Assembly: GCF_002854065.1 (NCBI RefSeq)
Contig: NZ_CP024147.1
Source of the DNA: Escherichia coli
Lineage (GTDB): Bacteria; Pseudomonadota; Gammaproteobacteria; Enterobacterales; Enterobacteriaceae
Strand: one strand, 5' to 3'
Length of the DNA: 64,000 nucleotides
The first letter of the stretch is position 1. Each line of letters begins with the position of its first letter. Position numbers and translations under genes: made by a program. The notes under the pieces were generated by a model. It did no database searches and was not told the DNA's origin. It saw nothing but the letters and a program-made list of their open reading frames with translations. Positions 10,669 to 20,241 of this stretch are shown here, piece by piece.

Positions 10669-11013
10669 GTTTCATCTCCTTATTCCATATTCTCATTCTC
10701 CATAAACTTGCTATAAAAACATGATTAAAAAGTGATGATTACTATTTATAAAATAATGATTTTGTTATGAGCGAATAGCTATCAGCCACTTACACTAGTA
10801 CGTCATCTTGTCTATATACAGATTTGTAACTGTTGATATGTTTTACTTAAACACACCTCGTATTTCTTATAACACTTGTTTGGTAACTATTTTCAATACA
10901 AATCATATTTGTTAGTTCTTCATTAACACACTGCGAGTGTTTTGTTACTCCCCGCATATATTTTATTCTCTTGTTCGATTCTATTTTTCTTAATCGATCA
11001 TATAATTTTCTTG

Positions 11014-11193
11014 TTAGTCGGATTTACGAATCATGAGACTTATAATGGAAGGAATGAGACTAAGCGGCCAGGTTAAACCTGTAATTATTGCAGCAAACAA
11101 CCGATATGTTACTTTTTCTTCCGAGAAGATAAATATTAAAGTCGATGTCACAACCAGACCTATCAGGTAAGCTAACAGTAATTTATTGATCAC
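11014..11193 (-). CDS. Hypothetical small membrane protein (59 aa, two predicted helices)
   Basis: GTG start 5 nt after GGGAGG; translation MINKLLLAYLIGLVVTSTLIFIFSEEKVTYRLFAAIITGLTWPLSLIPSIISLMIRKSD; absent from the ORF track (below 60 aa). Confidence 0.45.
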   Translation of the reverse strand: MINKLLLAYLIGLVVTSTLIFIFSEEKVTYRLFAAIITGLTWPLSLIPSIISLMIRKSD

Positions 11194-11259
11194 TTTTACC
11201 TCCCCTTTCGATTTCTCTTTGAGCGGTCCTTTTAATCCAGGACCGCCTCATTATGAAAA

Positions 11260-12870
11260 CTATTTAATTCCCTCATCATTGATAAGGTTGGACATCTCTT
11301 TCAACATGAGAGTCATTGAAGCTTTCGACCAATTTAGCGGAATGATAGGGCTTGGCGCTTCATGCAAAGTTCCCGACTTGTGGATATAGTTATAGCTTTC
11401 GGGAAGTGCCATTTCTGGTACGCTCCTGCCATTTGCACCAATCATATTCTCGCCTGTTATTTGGGCCAATGATCTATTCATAAATTGTACTGAGTCATTC
11501 AAATACTCTTCTTTTCTTGATTCTTTATAAACAATTGCTGCTGATTTTGCATACCATGAGTCAAAAAACCATTCTGCTTCTGTTGATGGAATGAAGCTCT
11601 TTTCTCTTTTTGCATGCGAATTTTGATCGGTATCGGTTTTAATATCATTGAACCAAAAATTTGCCGACTGATAATTATCCTTCTCGTATCTTTTTATACC
11701 ATACGGACCTGCTAGTTTTTTAACTATTTTTAGAACTTGCTCTTTTCTTCTGGTGTTTATCTTTGAAAGATTTGCAGGATAAATAACATTAAGTAAAGCC
11801 GCATCGGCTTCTCTGTAATGTTTATCTTTTTCCAGATAACCTGGGGATTCTCCCCCTAAATCAAGCTGTAACGTTATTCTTTCATAACCTTTATCTATGA
11901 GGTGGTTCAACCTCGTTGTTGAAAGAGGTTCATCCAGTTCATTGGCTTTAGCTTCGCGTAGTAAATCAGAGACAAAAACAGATTCTTTCTTCGAGAGTAA
12001 GTTCGACAAACGTTCCAGTCCAGAGGTCACCAGTGCAACGGAAGATGTGTTTAATCGGGCATCTTCCTCCCACGCTCCGGAATCTTCCATAACATAGAAA
12101 TTGGCTTTATCCAGATAAGCAATCAGCAACGCAACCGATTTTAATCGGTCACCTTTTTGCCAATCTTCAGCGTTAATAGTACCAGTATTGATTGCTTGTA
12201 TAAGGAGATCAAGATAAAGACCTAACGCATCATTTTGTTTATGGTTCCACAGCTGCGGCTTGCCTTCTTCCTGCACATCTGCCATCACGGGGGAGTTGCT
12301 GTCAAATCGGATATGCACAGCATTCATTTGCCCGGGAATACCATCCAGTCGTTTTGGGTTGCTAATGATGTCCTGCATCCGCTTAATCTGGTCGGGCGTA
12401 GACATATAATCCCACAGGGTGAGCAGAACCTTTTTTGCGGCTACACTATTTCCCTGGTCTGATACTAATGCCATATAGCCCCATAAACTATCCCTCAGCC
12501 AGACAGCATCATAGTGGGTTTCTGCCGCTGTTTTGTCATCTTCGAAAGTAGAAGCAAGAATAAACGTTACCCAGGGTTTCTCCGTCAACGTTAACTTTCG
12601 TGTGTTTTCTGTTAATGTTAGCAATCCTTGAATTTCGTCTTTGGTATAGTGGCTCTTTATTTCATTTTGTAATTTGGCTGAGTGAATCAGAAGACGATAA
12701 TTAGGATACTTATCTGGATTTAACGATAAATAACTTTTATCTGTTGCTGCCCCCGTGGAATTAAGAATGTTAAATACAGATTCACTCGTCACTTCTGCCC
12801 CTGTCGCCTGGCATGTGCCGCACGAAAATATACCAGCGAGCAGAAGAGTTAATGCAGATTTCCCTTTCAT
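11260..12870 (-). CDS. Secreted or lipoprotein glycoside hydrolase family 15-like protein
   Basis: 536-aa ORF from MKGKSALTLLLAGIFSCGTCQA (signal peptide with Cys); GH15-type motifs (AVWLRDS; GAWEEDARLNTSSVALV). The track's N-terminal extension to 12939 reads into IS2 and is rejected. Confidence 0.6.
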   Translation of the reverse strand: MKGKSALTLLLAGIFSCGTCQATGAEVTSESVFNILNSTGAATDKSYLSLNPDKYPNYRLLIHSAKLQNEIKSHYTKDEIQGLLTLTENTRKLTLTEKPWVTFILASTFEDDKTAAETHYDAVWLRDSLWGYMALVSDQGNSVAAKKVLLTLWDYMSTPDQIKRMQDIISNPKRLDGIPGQMNAVHIRFDSNSPVMADVQEEGKPQLWNHKQNDALGLYLDLLIQAINTGTINAEDWQKGDRLKSVALLIAYLDKANFYVMEDSGAWEEDARLNTSSVALVTSGLERLSNLLSKKESVFVSDLLREAKANELDEPLSTTRLNHLIDKGYERITLQLDLGGESPGYLEKDKHYREADAALLNVIYPANLSKINTRRKEQVLKIVKKLAGPYGIKRYEKDNYQSANFWFNDIKTDTDQNSHAKREKSFIPSTEAEWFFDSWYAKSAAIVYKESRKEEYLNDSVQFMNRSLAQITGENMIGANGRSVPEMALPESYNYIHKSGTLHEAPSPIIPLNWSKASMTLMLKEMSNLINDEGIK

Positions 12871-13002
12871 AAAATATTCCATCAATCGTTTGTTAAAAGC
12901 GTAGATAACCATAGACTGGCCCCCTGAATCTCCAGACAACCAATATCACTTAAATAAGTGATAGTCTTAATACTAGTTTTTAGACTAGTCATTGGAGAAC
13001 AG

Positions 13003-13368
13003 ATGATTGATGTCTTAGGGCCGGAGAAACGCAGACGGCGTACCACACAGGAAAAGATCGCAATTGTTCAGCAGAGCTTTGAACCGGGGATGACGGTCTC
13101 CCTCGTTGCCCGGCAACATGGTGTAGCAGCCAGCCAGTTATTTCTCTGGCGTAAGCAATACCAGGAAGGAAGTCTTACTGCTGTCGCCGCCGGAGAACAG
13201 GTTGTTCCTGCCTCTGAACTTGCTGCCGCCATGAAGCAGATTAAAGAACTCCAGCGCCTGCTCGGCAAGAAAACGATGGAAAATGAACTCCTCAAAGAAG
13301 CCGTTGAATATGGACGGGCAAAAAAGTGGATAGCGCACGCGCCCTTATTGCCCGGGGATGGGGAGTAA
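13003..13368 (+). CDS. insC: IS2 protein InsC (OrfA)
   Basis: 121-aa [21 protein letters not shown]..., RBS GGAG upstream; the track ORF starts 15 codons earlier inside the terminal repeat. Confidence 0.95.
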
Positions 13369-14231
13369 GCTTAGTCAGCCGTTGTCTCCGGGTGTCGCGT
13401 GCGCAGTTGCACGTCATTCTCAGACGAACCGATGACTGGATGGATGGCCGCCGCAGTCGTCACACTGATGATACGGATGTGCTTCTCCGTATACACCATG
13501 TTATCGGAGAGCTGCCCACGTATGGTTATCGTCGGGTATGGGCGCTGCTTCGCAGACAGGCAGAACTTGATGGTATGCCTGCGATCAATGCCAAACGTGT
13601 TTACCGGATCATGCGCCAGAATGCGCTGTTGCTTGAGCGAAAACCTGCTGTACCGCCATCGAAACGGGCACATACAGGCAGAGTGGCCGTGAAAGAAAGC
13701 AATCAGCGATGGTGCTCTGACGGGTTCGAGTTCTGCTGTGATAACGGAGAGAGACTGCGTGTCACGTTCGCGCTGGACTGCTGTGATCGTGAGGCACTGC
13801 ACTGGGCGGTCACTACCGGCGGCTTCAACAGTGAAACAGTACAGGACGTCATGCTGGGAGCGGTGGAACGCCGCTTCGGCAACGATCTTCCGTCGTCTCC
13901 AGTGGAGTGGCTGACGGATAATGGTTCATGCTACCGGGCTAATGAAACACGCCAGTTCGCCCGGATGTTGGGACTTGAACCGAAGAACACGGCGGTGCGG
14001 AGTCCGGAGAGTAACGGAATAGCAGAGAGCTTCGTGAAAACGATAAAGCGTGACTACATCAGTATCATGCCCAAACCAGACGGGTTAACGGCAGCAAAGA
14101 ACCTTGCAGAGGCGTTCGAGCATTATAACGAATGGCATCCGCATAGTGCGCTGGGTTATCGCTCGCCACGGGAATATCTGCGGCAGCGGGCTTGTAATGG
14201 GTTAAGTGATAACAGATGTCTGGAAATATAG
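13326..14231 (+). CDS. insD: IS2 transposase InsD (OrfB), IS3 family
   Basis: 301-aa ORF overlapping insC in the -1 frame; DDE-type integrase core. Confidence 0.95.
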
Positions 14232-14439
14232 GGGCAAATCCAAACCACTTATTTAACAACTTGAAAATAAGGTATTTTACCTGGGTTGTTATAAAAGGAT
14301 TGCATTGCGTAAACGCTTTTTATTTACAAAATAATGGGGAAGTGTTACTGCGATTGCGAAAAGTCTGAACCGATTGAATTAAGATAATATAGAAAATCAG
14401 ATACAACAAAAATGGCAGGTTGATGAGGTGAAGATAAAT

Positions 14440-14513
14440 TGGAGCGGGCGAAGGGAATCGAACCCTCGTATAGAGCTTGGGAAGCTCTCGTTCTACCATT
14501 GAACTACGCCCGC
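14440..14513 (-). tRNA. glyU: tRNA-Gly (anticodon CCC)
   Basis: Minus-strand 74-nt sequence GCGGGCGTAGTTCAATGGTAGAACGAGAGCTTCCCAAGCTCTATACGAGGGTTCGATTCCCTTCGCCCGCTCCA; cloverleaf with CCC anticodon and encoded CCA. Confidence 0.97.
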
Positions 14514-14591
14514 TTCGAGATGCGTAAGGCATTATAAACCTTACGCTCTCCTTAGCAAGTGCCGCGCTGCTGACTGCTGATTAATTCGCCA

Positions 14592-15347
14592 TCAGCATTT
14601 TGGCTTGCTGCCCTGCGGCGGCAAGTAACGTAGCGGATCAATTGCCGTTGCACGGTAACGAATCTGGAAATGCAGGCGAACAGATGCCGCATCCGTGCTC
14701 CCCATGGTGGCGATTTTTTGCCCAGCCTTCACGCTTTGCCCATTATTTACCAGCATCGTGTCATTATGGGCGTAAGCCGTAATGTAATCTTCACTGTGTT
14801 TAATCATGATGAGATTACCGTAGCCACGCAGCTGGTTGCCCACATACACCACCTTTCCTGCACCCGCGGCGTAAATAGGTGTACCCCGTGGAGCAGAGAT
14901 ATCAATCCCTTTATTGCCGCCATCTGCTGTCGAATACGGCATGATAACTTTCCCTGTCGTTGGCCATAACCAACAACGTTGCCCTACTGGCGGCCAGGAA
15001 GATTTCGGTACCGCTGATGACGGTGTAACCGATGCGGTTTTGGTCGTTGATTTGGCGGTTGATTTACGTGTACTACTGCTACTTTTCGCCCCACCCAGTT
15101 TTAGTTTCTGACCAACTTCAATGGTGTAAGGGGGGGAAATGCCGTTCAGTCGCGCCAGCTCTTTTACGCTGGTTCCCGTGGTGCGCGAAATACGATATAG
15201 CGTATCCCCCCGTTTCACGGTGTAAACGGAGCCGGAATACGTTCCTGTATCGGATGATTTGCTACCCGAACAGCCCGCCAAAAGCAGTCCAACCGATAAC
15301 AACATCACGATACCCAGAGATTTTTTATTCAGGCGTCCCGCACTCAA
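14592..15347 (-). CDS. ygeR: LysM/M23-peptidase-family lipoprotein
   Basis: Lipoprotein signal (LLLAGCSG), LysM region, C-terminal M23 fold; TTG start at 15347 preceded by GAGGAAAG (the track extends to another TTG at 15371). Confidence 0.85.
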   Translation of the reverse strand: MSAGRLNKKSLGIVMLLSVGLLLAGCSGSKSSDTGTYSGSVYTVKRGDTLYRISRTTGTSVKELARLNGISPPYTIEVGQKLKLGGAKSSSSTRKSTAKSTTKTASVTPSSAVPKSSWPPVGQRCWLWPTTGKVIMPYSTADGGNKGIDISAPRGTPIYAAGAGKVVYVGNQLRGYGNLIMIKHSEDYITAYAHNDTMLVNNGQSVKAGQKIATMGSTDAASVRLHFQIRYRATAIDPLRYLPPQGSKPKC

Positions 15348-15489
15348 AATCTTTCCTCGCTTAAAAAACAAGACGCCATATCATAGCAGCCAGCCTCTTG
15401 ATACCCAATCTCTTGCTTCTGGAAAAACGCGGTAGGTGATGCTGCCAACTTACTGATTTAGTGTATGATGGTGTTTTTGAGGTGCTCCA

Positions 15490-15765
15490 GTGGCTTCTGT
15501 TTCTATCAGCTGTCCCTCCTGTTCAGCTACTGACGGGGTGGTGCGTAACGGCAAAAGCACTGCCGGACATCAGCGCTATCTCTGCTCTCACTGCCGTAAA
15601 ACATGGCAACTGCAGTTCACTTACACCGCTTCTCAACCCGGTACGCACCAGAAAATCATTGATATGGCCATGAATGGCGTTGGATGCCGGGCAACCGCCC
15701 GCATTATGGGCGTTGGCCTCAACACGATTTTCCGCCATTTAAAAAACTCAGGCCGCAGTCGGTAA
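15490..15765 (+). CDS. insA: IS1 protein InsA
   Basis: Protein identical to the other two InsA copies; GTG start. Confidence 0.95.
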   Translation: MASVSISCPSCSATDGVVRNGKSTAGHQRYLCSHCRKTWQLQFTYTASQPGTHQKIIDMAMNGVGCRATARIMGVGLNTIFRHLKNSGRSR

Positions 15766-16187
15766 CCTCGCGCATACAGCCGGGCAGTGACGTCATCGTC
15801 TGCGCGGAAATGGACGAACAGTGGGGATACGTCGGGGCTAAATCGCGCCAGCGCTGGCTGTTTTACGCGTATGACAGGCTCCGGAAGACGGTTGTTGCGC
15901 ACGTATTCGGTGAACGCACTATGGCGACGCTGGGGCGTCTTATGAGCCTGCTGTCACCCTTTGACGTGGTGATATGGATGACGGATGGCTGGCCGCTGTA
16001 TGAATCCCGCCTGAAGGGAAAGCTGCACGTAATCAGCAAGCGATATACGCAGCGAATTGAGCGGCATAACCTGAATCTGAGGCAGCACCTGGCACGGCTG
16101 GGACGGAAGTCGCTGTCGTTCTCAAAATCGGTGGAGCTGCATGACAAAGTCATCGGGCATTATCTGAACATAAAACACTATCAATAA
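15684..16187 (+). CDS. insB: IS1 transposase InsB
   Basis: Protein identical to the other two InsB copies. Confidence 0.95.
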   Translation: MPGNRPHYGRWPQHDFPPFKKLRPQSVTSRIQPGSDVIVCAEMDEQWGYVGAKSRQRWLFYAYDRLRKTVVAHVFGERTMATLGRLMSLLSPFDVVIWMTDGWPLYESRLKGKLHVISKRYTQRIERHNLNLRQHLARLGRKSLSFSKSVELHDKVIGHYLNIKHYQ

Positions 16188-16468
16188 GTTGGAGTCATTA
16201 CCAACGCGGTAATAGAGAAAGAGGTTAATTTCATTTGGCAAAGGGAAGTATCATCAGCAAAATTTTCGCTGTAGAGGTATCGAATTTCCTGACTTTTTTA
16301 CCCTATTTCCCATCCTGATGCGTAATAATCCCAATTTATCACATTGATTTTATCGCCACTCATATTGATACGTATCACTGTCCCTATTCAGAGTCCTGTT
16401 TCGTATCATATCTGTGTTTTTTTAACGTCATCACACTTCCTTCCTCCCCTAACGCTTATCGTCGTTTC

Positions 16469-16484
16469 TGGCGTAAATCTTGCC
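16469..16484 (+). promoter_or_regulatory. Candidate sigma-54 (-24/-12) promoter upstream of xdhA
   Basis: TGGCGTAAATCTTGCC: GG at 16470-16471 and GC at 16482-16483 with canonical spacing and TTGC at -12; about 55 bp upstream of the xdhA start. Confidence 0.5.
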
Positions 16485-16539
16485 TGCTTAGACTAAATCT
16501 TTGCCATAAGAACCAAATGTTCAAATCGAGGGGATTTCT

Positions 16540-18837
16540 ATGGAAGCGCGGGAAGCAACCGCTACGGGTGAATCATGCATGCGCGTTGATGCCATTGCTA
16601 AGGTCACCGGGCGGGCACGATATACTGACGATTATGTTATGGCGGGCATGTGTTATGCGAAATATGTACGTAGCCCTATCGCACATGGTTATGCCGTAAG
16701 TATTAATGATGAACAAGCCAGAAGTTTACCAGGCGTACTGGCGATTTTTACCTGGGAAGATGTGCCTGATATCCCATTCGCTACAGCTGGGCATGCATGG
16801 ACACTTGACGAAAACAAGCGCGATACCGCCGATCGCGCACTGCTAACTCGCCATGTTCGTCATCATGGTGACGCCGTTGCCATCGTCGTGGCCCGCGATG
16901 AACTCACGGCAGAAAAAGCGGCGCAATTGGTCAGCATTGAGTGGCAAGAATTACCCGTTATCACCACGCCAGAAGCGGCGCTGGCAGAGGACGCTGCACC
17001 AATCCATAACGGCGGCAATTTACTGAAACAAAGCACGATGTCGACGGGCAATGTCCAACAAACAATCGATGCCGCCGACTACCAGGTACAGGGGCACTAT
17101 CAGACTCCCGTTATTCAACATTGTCACATGGAAAGCGTAACATCGCTGGCGTGGATGGAGGATGACTCGCGAATTACCATCGTTTCCAGCACCCAGATCC
17201 CGCACATTGTTCGCCGCGTGGTTGGTCAGGCGCTGGATATTCCCTGGTCATGCGTACGAGTCATCAAACCATTTGTCGGTGGCGGTTTTGGTAATAAACA
17301 GGATGTACTGGAAGAGCCAATGGCGGCATTCCTGACCAGCAAGCTTGGCGGCATTCCGGTGAAAGTTTCCCTTAGCCGTGAAGAGTGTTTCCTCGCAACC
17401 CGTACCCGCCACGCTTTTACTATTGACGGGCAAATGGGCGTGAGCCGCGACGGAACATTGAAAGGTTATAGTCTGGATGTTCTGTCTAACACCGGCGCTT
17501 ATGCATCTCACGGGCACTCCATCGCTTCTGCGGGGGGGAATAAAGTCGCTTACCTTTATCCTCGTTGTGCCTACGCTTACAGTTCAAAGACCTGCTATAC
17601 CAACCTCCCCTCGGCTGGTGCGATGCGTGGTTATGGCGCGCCACAAGTCGTATTTGCCGTTGAGTCTATGCTTGATGACGCCGCGACAGCGTTAGGTATT
17701 GATCCTGTTGAAATTCGTTTACGCAACGCCGCACGCGAAGGAGATGCTAATCCGCTCACGGGCAAACGTATTTACAGCGCAGGGTTGCCGGAGTGTCTTG
17801 AAAAAGGCCGGAAAATCTTTGAATGGGAAAAACGCCGTGTAGAATGCCAGAACCAGCAAGGCAATTTACGCCGCGGCGTTGGCGTCGCCTGTTTTAGCTA
17901 CACCTCTAATACCTGGCCTGTCGGCGTAGAAATAGCAGGCGCGCGCCTTCTGATGAATCAGGATGGAACCATCAACGTGCAAAGCGGCGCGACGGAAATC
18001 GGTCAGGGTGCCGACACCGTCTTCTCGCAAATGGTGGCAGAAACCGTGGGGGTTCCGGTCAGCGACGTTCGCGTTATTTCAACACAAGATACCGACGTTA
18101 CGCCGTTCGATCCCGGCGCATTTGCCTCACGCCAGAGCTATGTTGCTGCGCCTGCGCTGCGCAGTGCGGCACTGTTATTAAAAGAGAAAATCATCGCTCA
18201 CGCCGCAGTCATGCTACATCAGTCAGCGATGAATCTGACCCTGATAAAAGGCCATATCGTGCTGGTTGAACGACCGGAAGAGCCGTTAATGTCGTTAAAA
18301 GATTTGGCGATGGACGCTTTCTACCACCCTGAACGCGGCGGGCAGCTCTCTGCTGAAAGCTCCATCAAAACCACCACTAACCCACCGGCGTTCGGCTGTA
18401 CCTTTGTTGATCTGACGGTCGATATTGCGCTGTGCAAAGTCACCATCAACCGCATCCTCAACGTTCATGATTCGGGGCATATTCTAAATCCGCTGCTGGC
18501 AGAAGGTCAGGTACACGGCGGAATGGGAATGGGCATTGGCTGGGCGCTATTTGAAGAGATGATCATCGATGCGAAAAGCGGCGTGGTCCGTAACCCCAAT
18601 CTGCTGGATTACAAAATGCCGACCATGCCGGATCTGCCACAACTGGAAAGCGCGTTCGTCGAAATCAATGAGCCGCAATCCGCATACGGACATAAGTCAC
18701 TGGGTGAGCCACCAATAATTCCTGTTGCCGCTGCTATTCGTAACGCGGTGAAGATGGCTACCGGTGTTGCAATCAATACACTGCCGCTGACGCCAAAACG
18801 GTTATATGAAGAGTTTCATCTGGCAGGATTGATTTGA
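16540..18837 (+). CDS. xdhA: Xanthine dehydrogenase, molybdopterin-binding subunit
   Basis: 765-aa ORF; GAGGGG Shine-Dalgarno before the ATG at 16540; an alternative start at 16579 (MRVDAIAKVTGRARYTDDY) gives 752 aa. Confidence 0.92.
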   Translation: MEAREATATGESCMRVDAIAKVTGRARYTDDYVMAGMCYAKYVRSPIAHGYAVSINDEQARSLPGVLAIFTWEDVPDIPFATAGHAWTLDENKRDTADRALLTRHVRHHGDAVAIVVARDELTAEKAAQLVSIEWQELPVITTPEAALAEDAAPIHNGGNLLKQSTMSTGNVQQTIDAADYQVQGHYQTPVIQHCHMESVTSLAWMEDDSRITIVSSTQIPHIVRRVVGQALDIPWSCVRVIKPFVGGGFGNKQDVLEEPMAAFLTSKLGGIPVKVSLSREECFLATRTRHAFTIDGQMGVSRDGTLKGYSLDVLSNTGAYASHGHSIASAGGNKVAYLYPRCAYAYSSKTCYTNLPSAGAMRGYGAPQVVFAVESMLDDAATALGIDPVEIRLRNAAREGDANPLTGKRIYSAGLPECLEKGRKIFEWEKRRVECQNQQGNLRRGVGVACFSYTSNTWPVGVEIAGARLLMNQDGTINVQSGATEIGQGADTVFSQMVAETVGVPVSDVRVISTQDTDVTPFDPGAFASRQSYVAAPALRSAALLLKEKIIAHAAVMLHQSAMNLTLIKGHIVLVERPEEPLMSLKDLAMDAFYHPERGGQLSAESSIKTTTNPPAFGCTFVDLTVDIALCKVTINRILNVHDSGHILNPLLAEGQVHGGMGMGIGWALFEEMIIDAKSGVVRNPNLLDYKMPTMPDLPQLESAFVEINEPQSAYGHKSLGEPPIIPVAAAIRNAVKMATGVAINTLPLTPKRLYEEFHLAGLI

Positions 18838-18847
18838 AGATAACATC

Positions 18848-19726
18848 ATGTTTGATTTTGCTTCTTACCATCGCGCAGCAACCCTTGCCGATGCCATCAA
18901 CCTGCTGGCTGACAACCCGCAGGCCAAACTGCTCGCCGGTGGCACTGACGTACTGATTCAGCTCCACCATCACAATGACCGTTATCGCCATATTGTTGAT
19001 ATTCATAATCTGGCGGAGCTGCGGGGAATTACGCTGGCGGAAGATGGCTCGCTACGTATCGGCTCTGCAACGACATTTACCCAGCTAATAGAAGATCCTA
19101 TAACTCAACGTCATCTCCCGGCGTTATGTGCTGCGGCCTCGTCCATTGCTGGACCGCAGATCCGTAACGTCGCTACCTACGGTGGAAATATTTGCAACGG
19201 TGCCACCAGCGCAGATTCTGCCACGCCAACGCTCATTTATGACGCGAAACTGGAGATCCACTCCCCACGCAGTGTTCGTTTCGTCCCGATTAATGGCTTT
19301 CACACCGGGCCGGGCAAAGTGTCTCTTGAGCATGACGAAATCCTTGTCGCCTTTCATTTTCCGCCCCAGCCGAAAGAACACGTGGGCAGCGCGCATTTTA
19401 AATATGCCATGCGCGACGCAATGGATATTTCAACGATTGGCTGCGCCGCACATTGCCGACTGGATAACGGCAATTTCAGCGAATTACGTCTGGCATTTGG
19501 TGTTGCCGCGCCAACGCCGATTCGCTGCCAACATGCCGAACAGACTGCACAAAATGCGCCATTAAACCTGCAAACGCTTGAAGCTATCAGCGAATCTGTC
19601 CTGCAAGATGTCGCCCCGCGTTCTTCATGGCGGGCCAGTAAAGAGTTTCGTCTGCATCTCATCCAGACGATGACCAAAAAAGTGATTAGCGAAGCCGTCG
19701 CCGCGGCGGGGGGAAAATTGCAATGA
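18848..19726 (+). CDS. xdhB: Xanthine dehydrogenase, FAD-binding subunit
   Basis: 292-aa ORF; FAD-binding CO-dehydrogenase-flavoprotein-type fold ([11 protein letters not shown]). Confidence 0.92.
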
Positions 19727-20202
19727 ATCACAGCGAAACAATTACCATCGAATGCACCATTAACGGGATGCCTTTTCAGCTTCATGCCGCACCAGGCACG
19801 CCGCTCTCGGAATTACTCCGCGAACAAGGACTGCTAAGTGTCAAACAAGGGTGCTGCGTGGGTGAATGTGGTGCCTGTACGGTGCTGGTCGACGGCACAG
19901 CAATAGACAGTTGCTTATACCTTGCCGCCTGGGCTGAAGGAAAAGAGATCCGCACGCTGGAAGGTGAAGCGAAAGGCGGAAAACTTTCTCATGTTCAGCA
20001 GGCTTATGCGAAATCCGGCGCAGTGCAGTGCGGGTTTTGTACGCCTGGCCTGATTATGGCTACCACGGCAATGCTGGCGAAACCACGCGAGAAGCCATTA
20101 ACCATTACGGAAATTCGTCGCGGACTGGCGGGAAATCTTTGTCGCTGCACGGGGTATCAGATGATTGTAAATACAGTTCTGGATTGCGAGAAAACGAAGT
20201 AA
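19723..20202 (+). CDS. xdhC: Xanthine dehydrogenase, 2Fe-2S subunit
   Basis: 159-aa ORF with two Cys clusters ([11 protein letters not shown]; CGFCTPG ... CRCTGY); ATGA overlap with xdhB. Confidence 0.92.
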
Positions 20203-20208
20203 AAGGAT

Positions 20209-20232
20209 ATCCGGCCTGAATTCAGGCCGGAT
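20209..20232. other. Perfect 24-bp palindrome between convergent xdhC and ygeV
   Basis: ATCCGGCCTGAATTCAGGCCGGAT; no flanking U-run on either strand; possibly a bidirectional stem-loop. Confidence 0.4.
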
Positions 20233-20241
20233 TCACTGAGG

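Larger units (their letters stand above)
12912..14242 (+). mobile_element. IS2 (1331 bp), with 5-bp target duplication AACCA
   Basis: Ends TAGACTGGCCCCCTGAATCTCCAGACAACC ... TAGGGGCAAATCCA; insC/insD overlapping ORFs; AACCA at 12907-12911 and 14243-14247. Confidence 0.97.
15435..16202 (+). mobile_element. IS1 copy 3 (768 bp), with 9-bp target duplication AACGCGGTA
   Basis: Ends GGTGATGCTGCC ... GGAGTCATTACC; direct repeats at 15426-15434 and 16203-16211; sits 87 bp upstream of ygeR and about 340 bp upstream of xdhA. Confidence 0.97.

Noticed and set aside
11260-12939. N-terminal extension of the GH15-like ORF to position 12939
   Set aside because: The first 9 codons are encoded by the IS2 terminal repeat and start with TTG; the signal peptide begins at the ATG at 12870.
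14320-14532. 70-aa minus-strand ORF overlapping the tRNA-Gly gene
   Set aside because: It is fully explained by the tRNA sequence and its flank; there is no ribosome-binding site and the composition is tRNA-derived.
7421-16202. Possible CRISPR array suggested by repeated identical sequence blocks
   Set aside because: The repeats are three full 768-bp IS1 copies, not short spacer-separated direct repeats; no CRISPR-like periodicity found.
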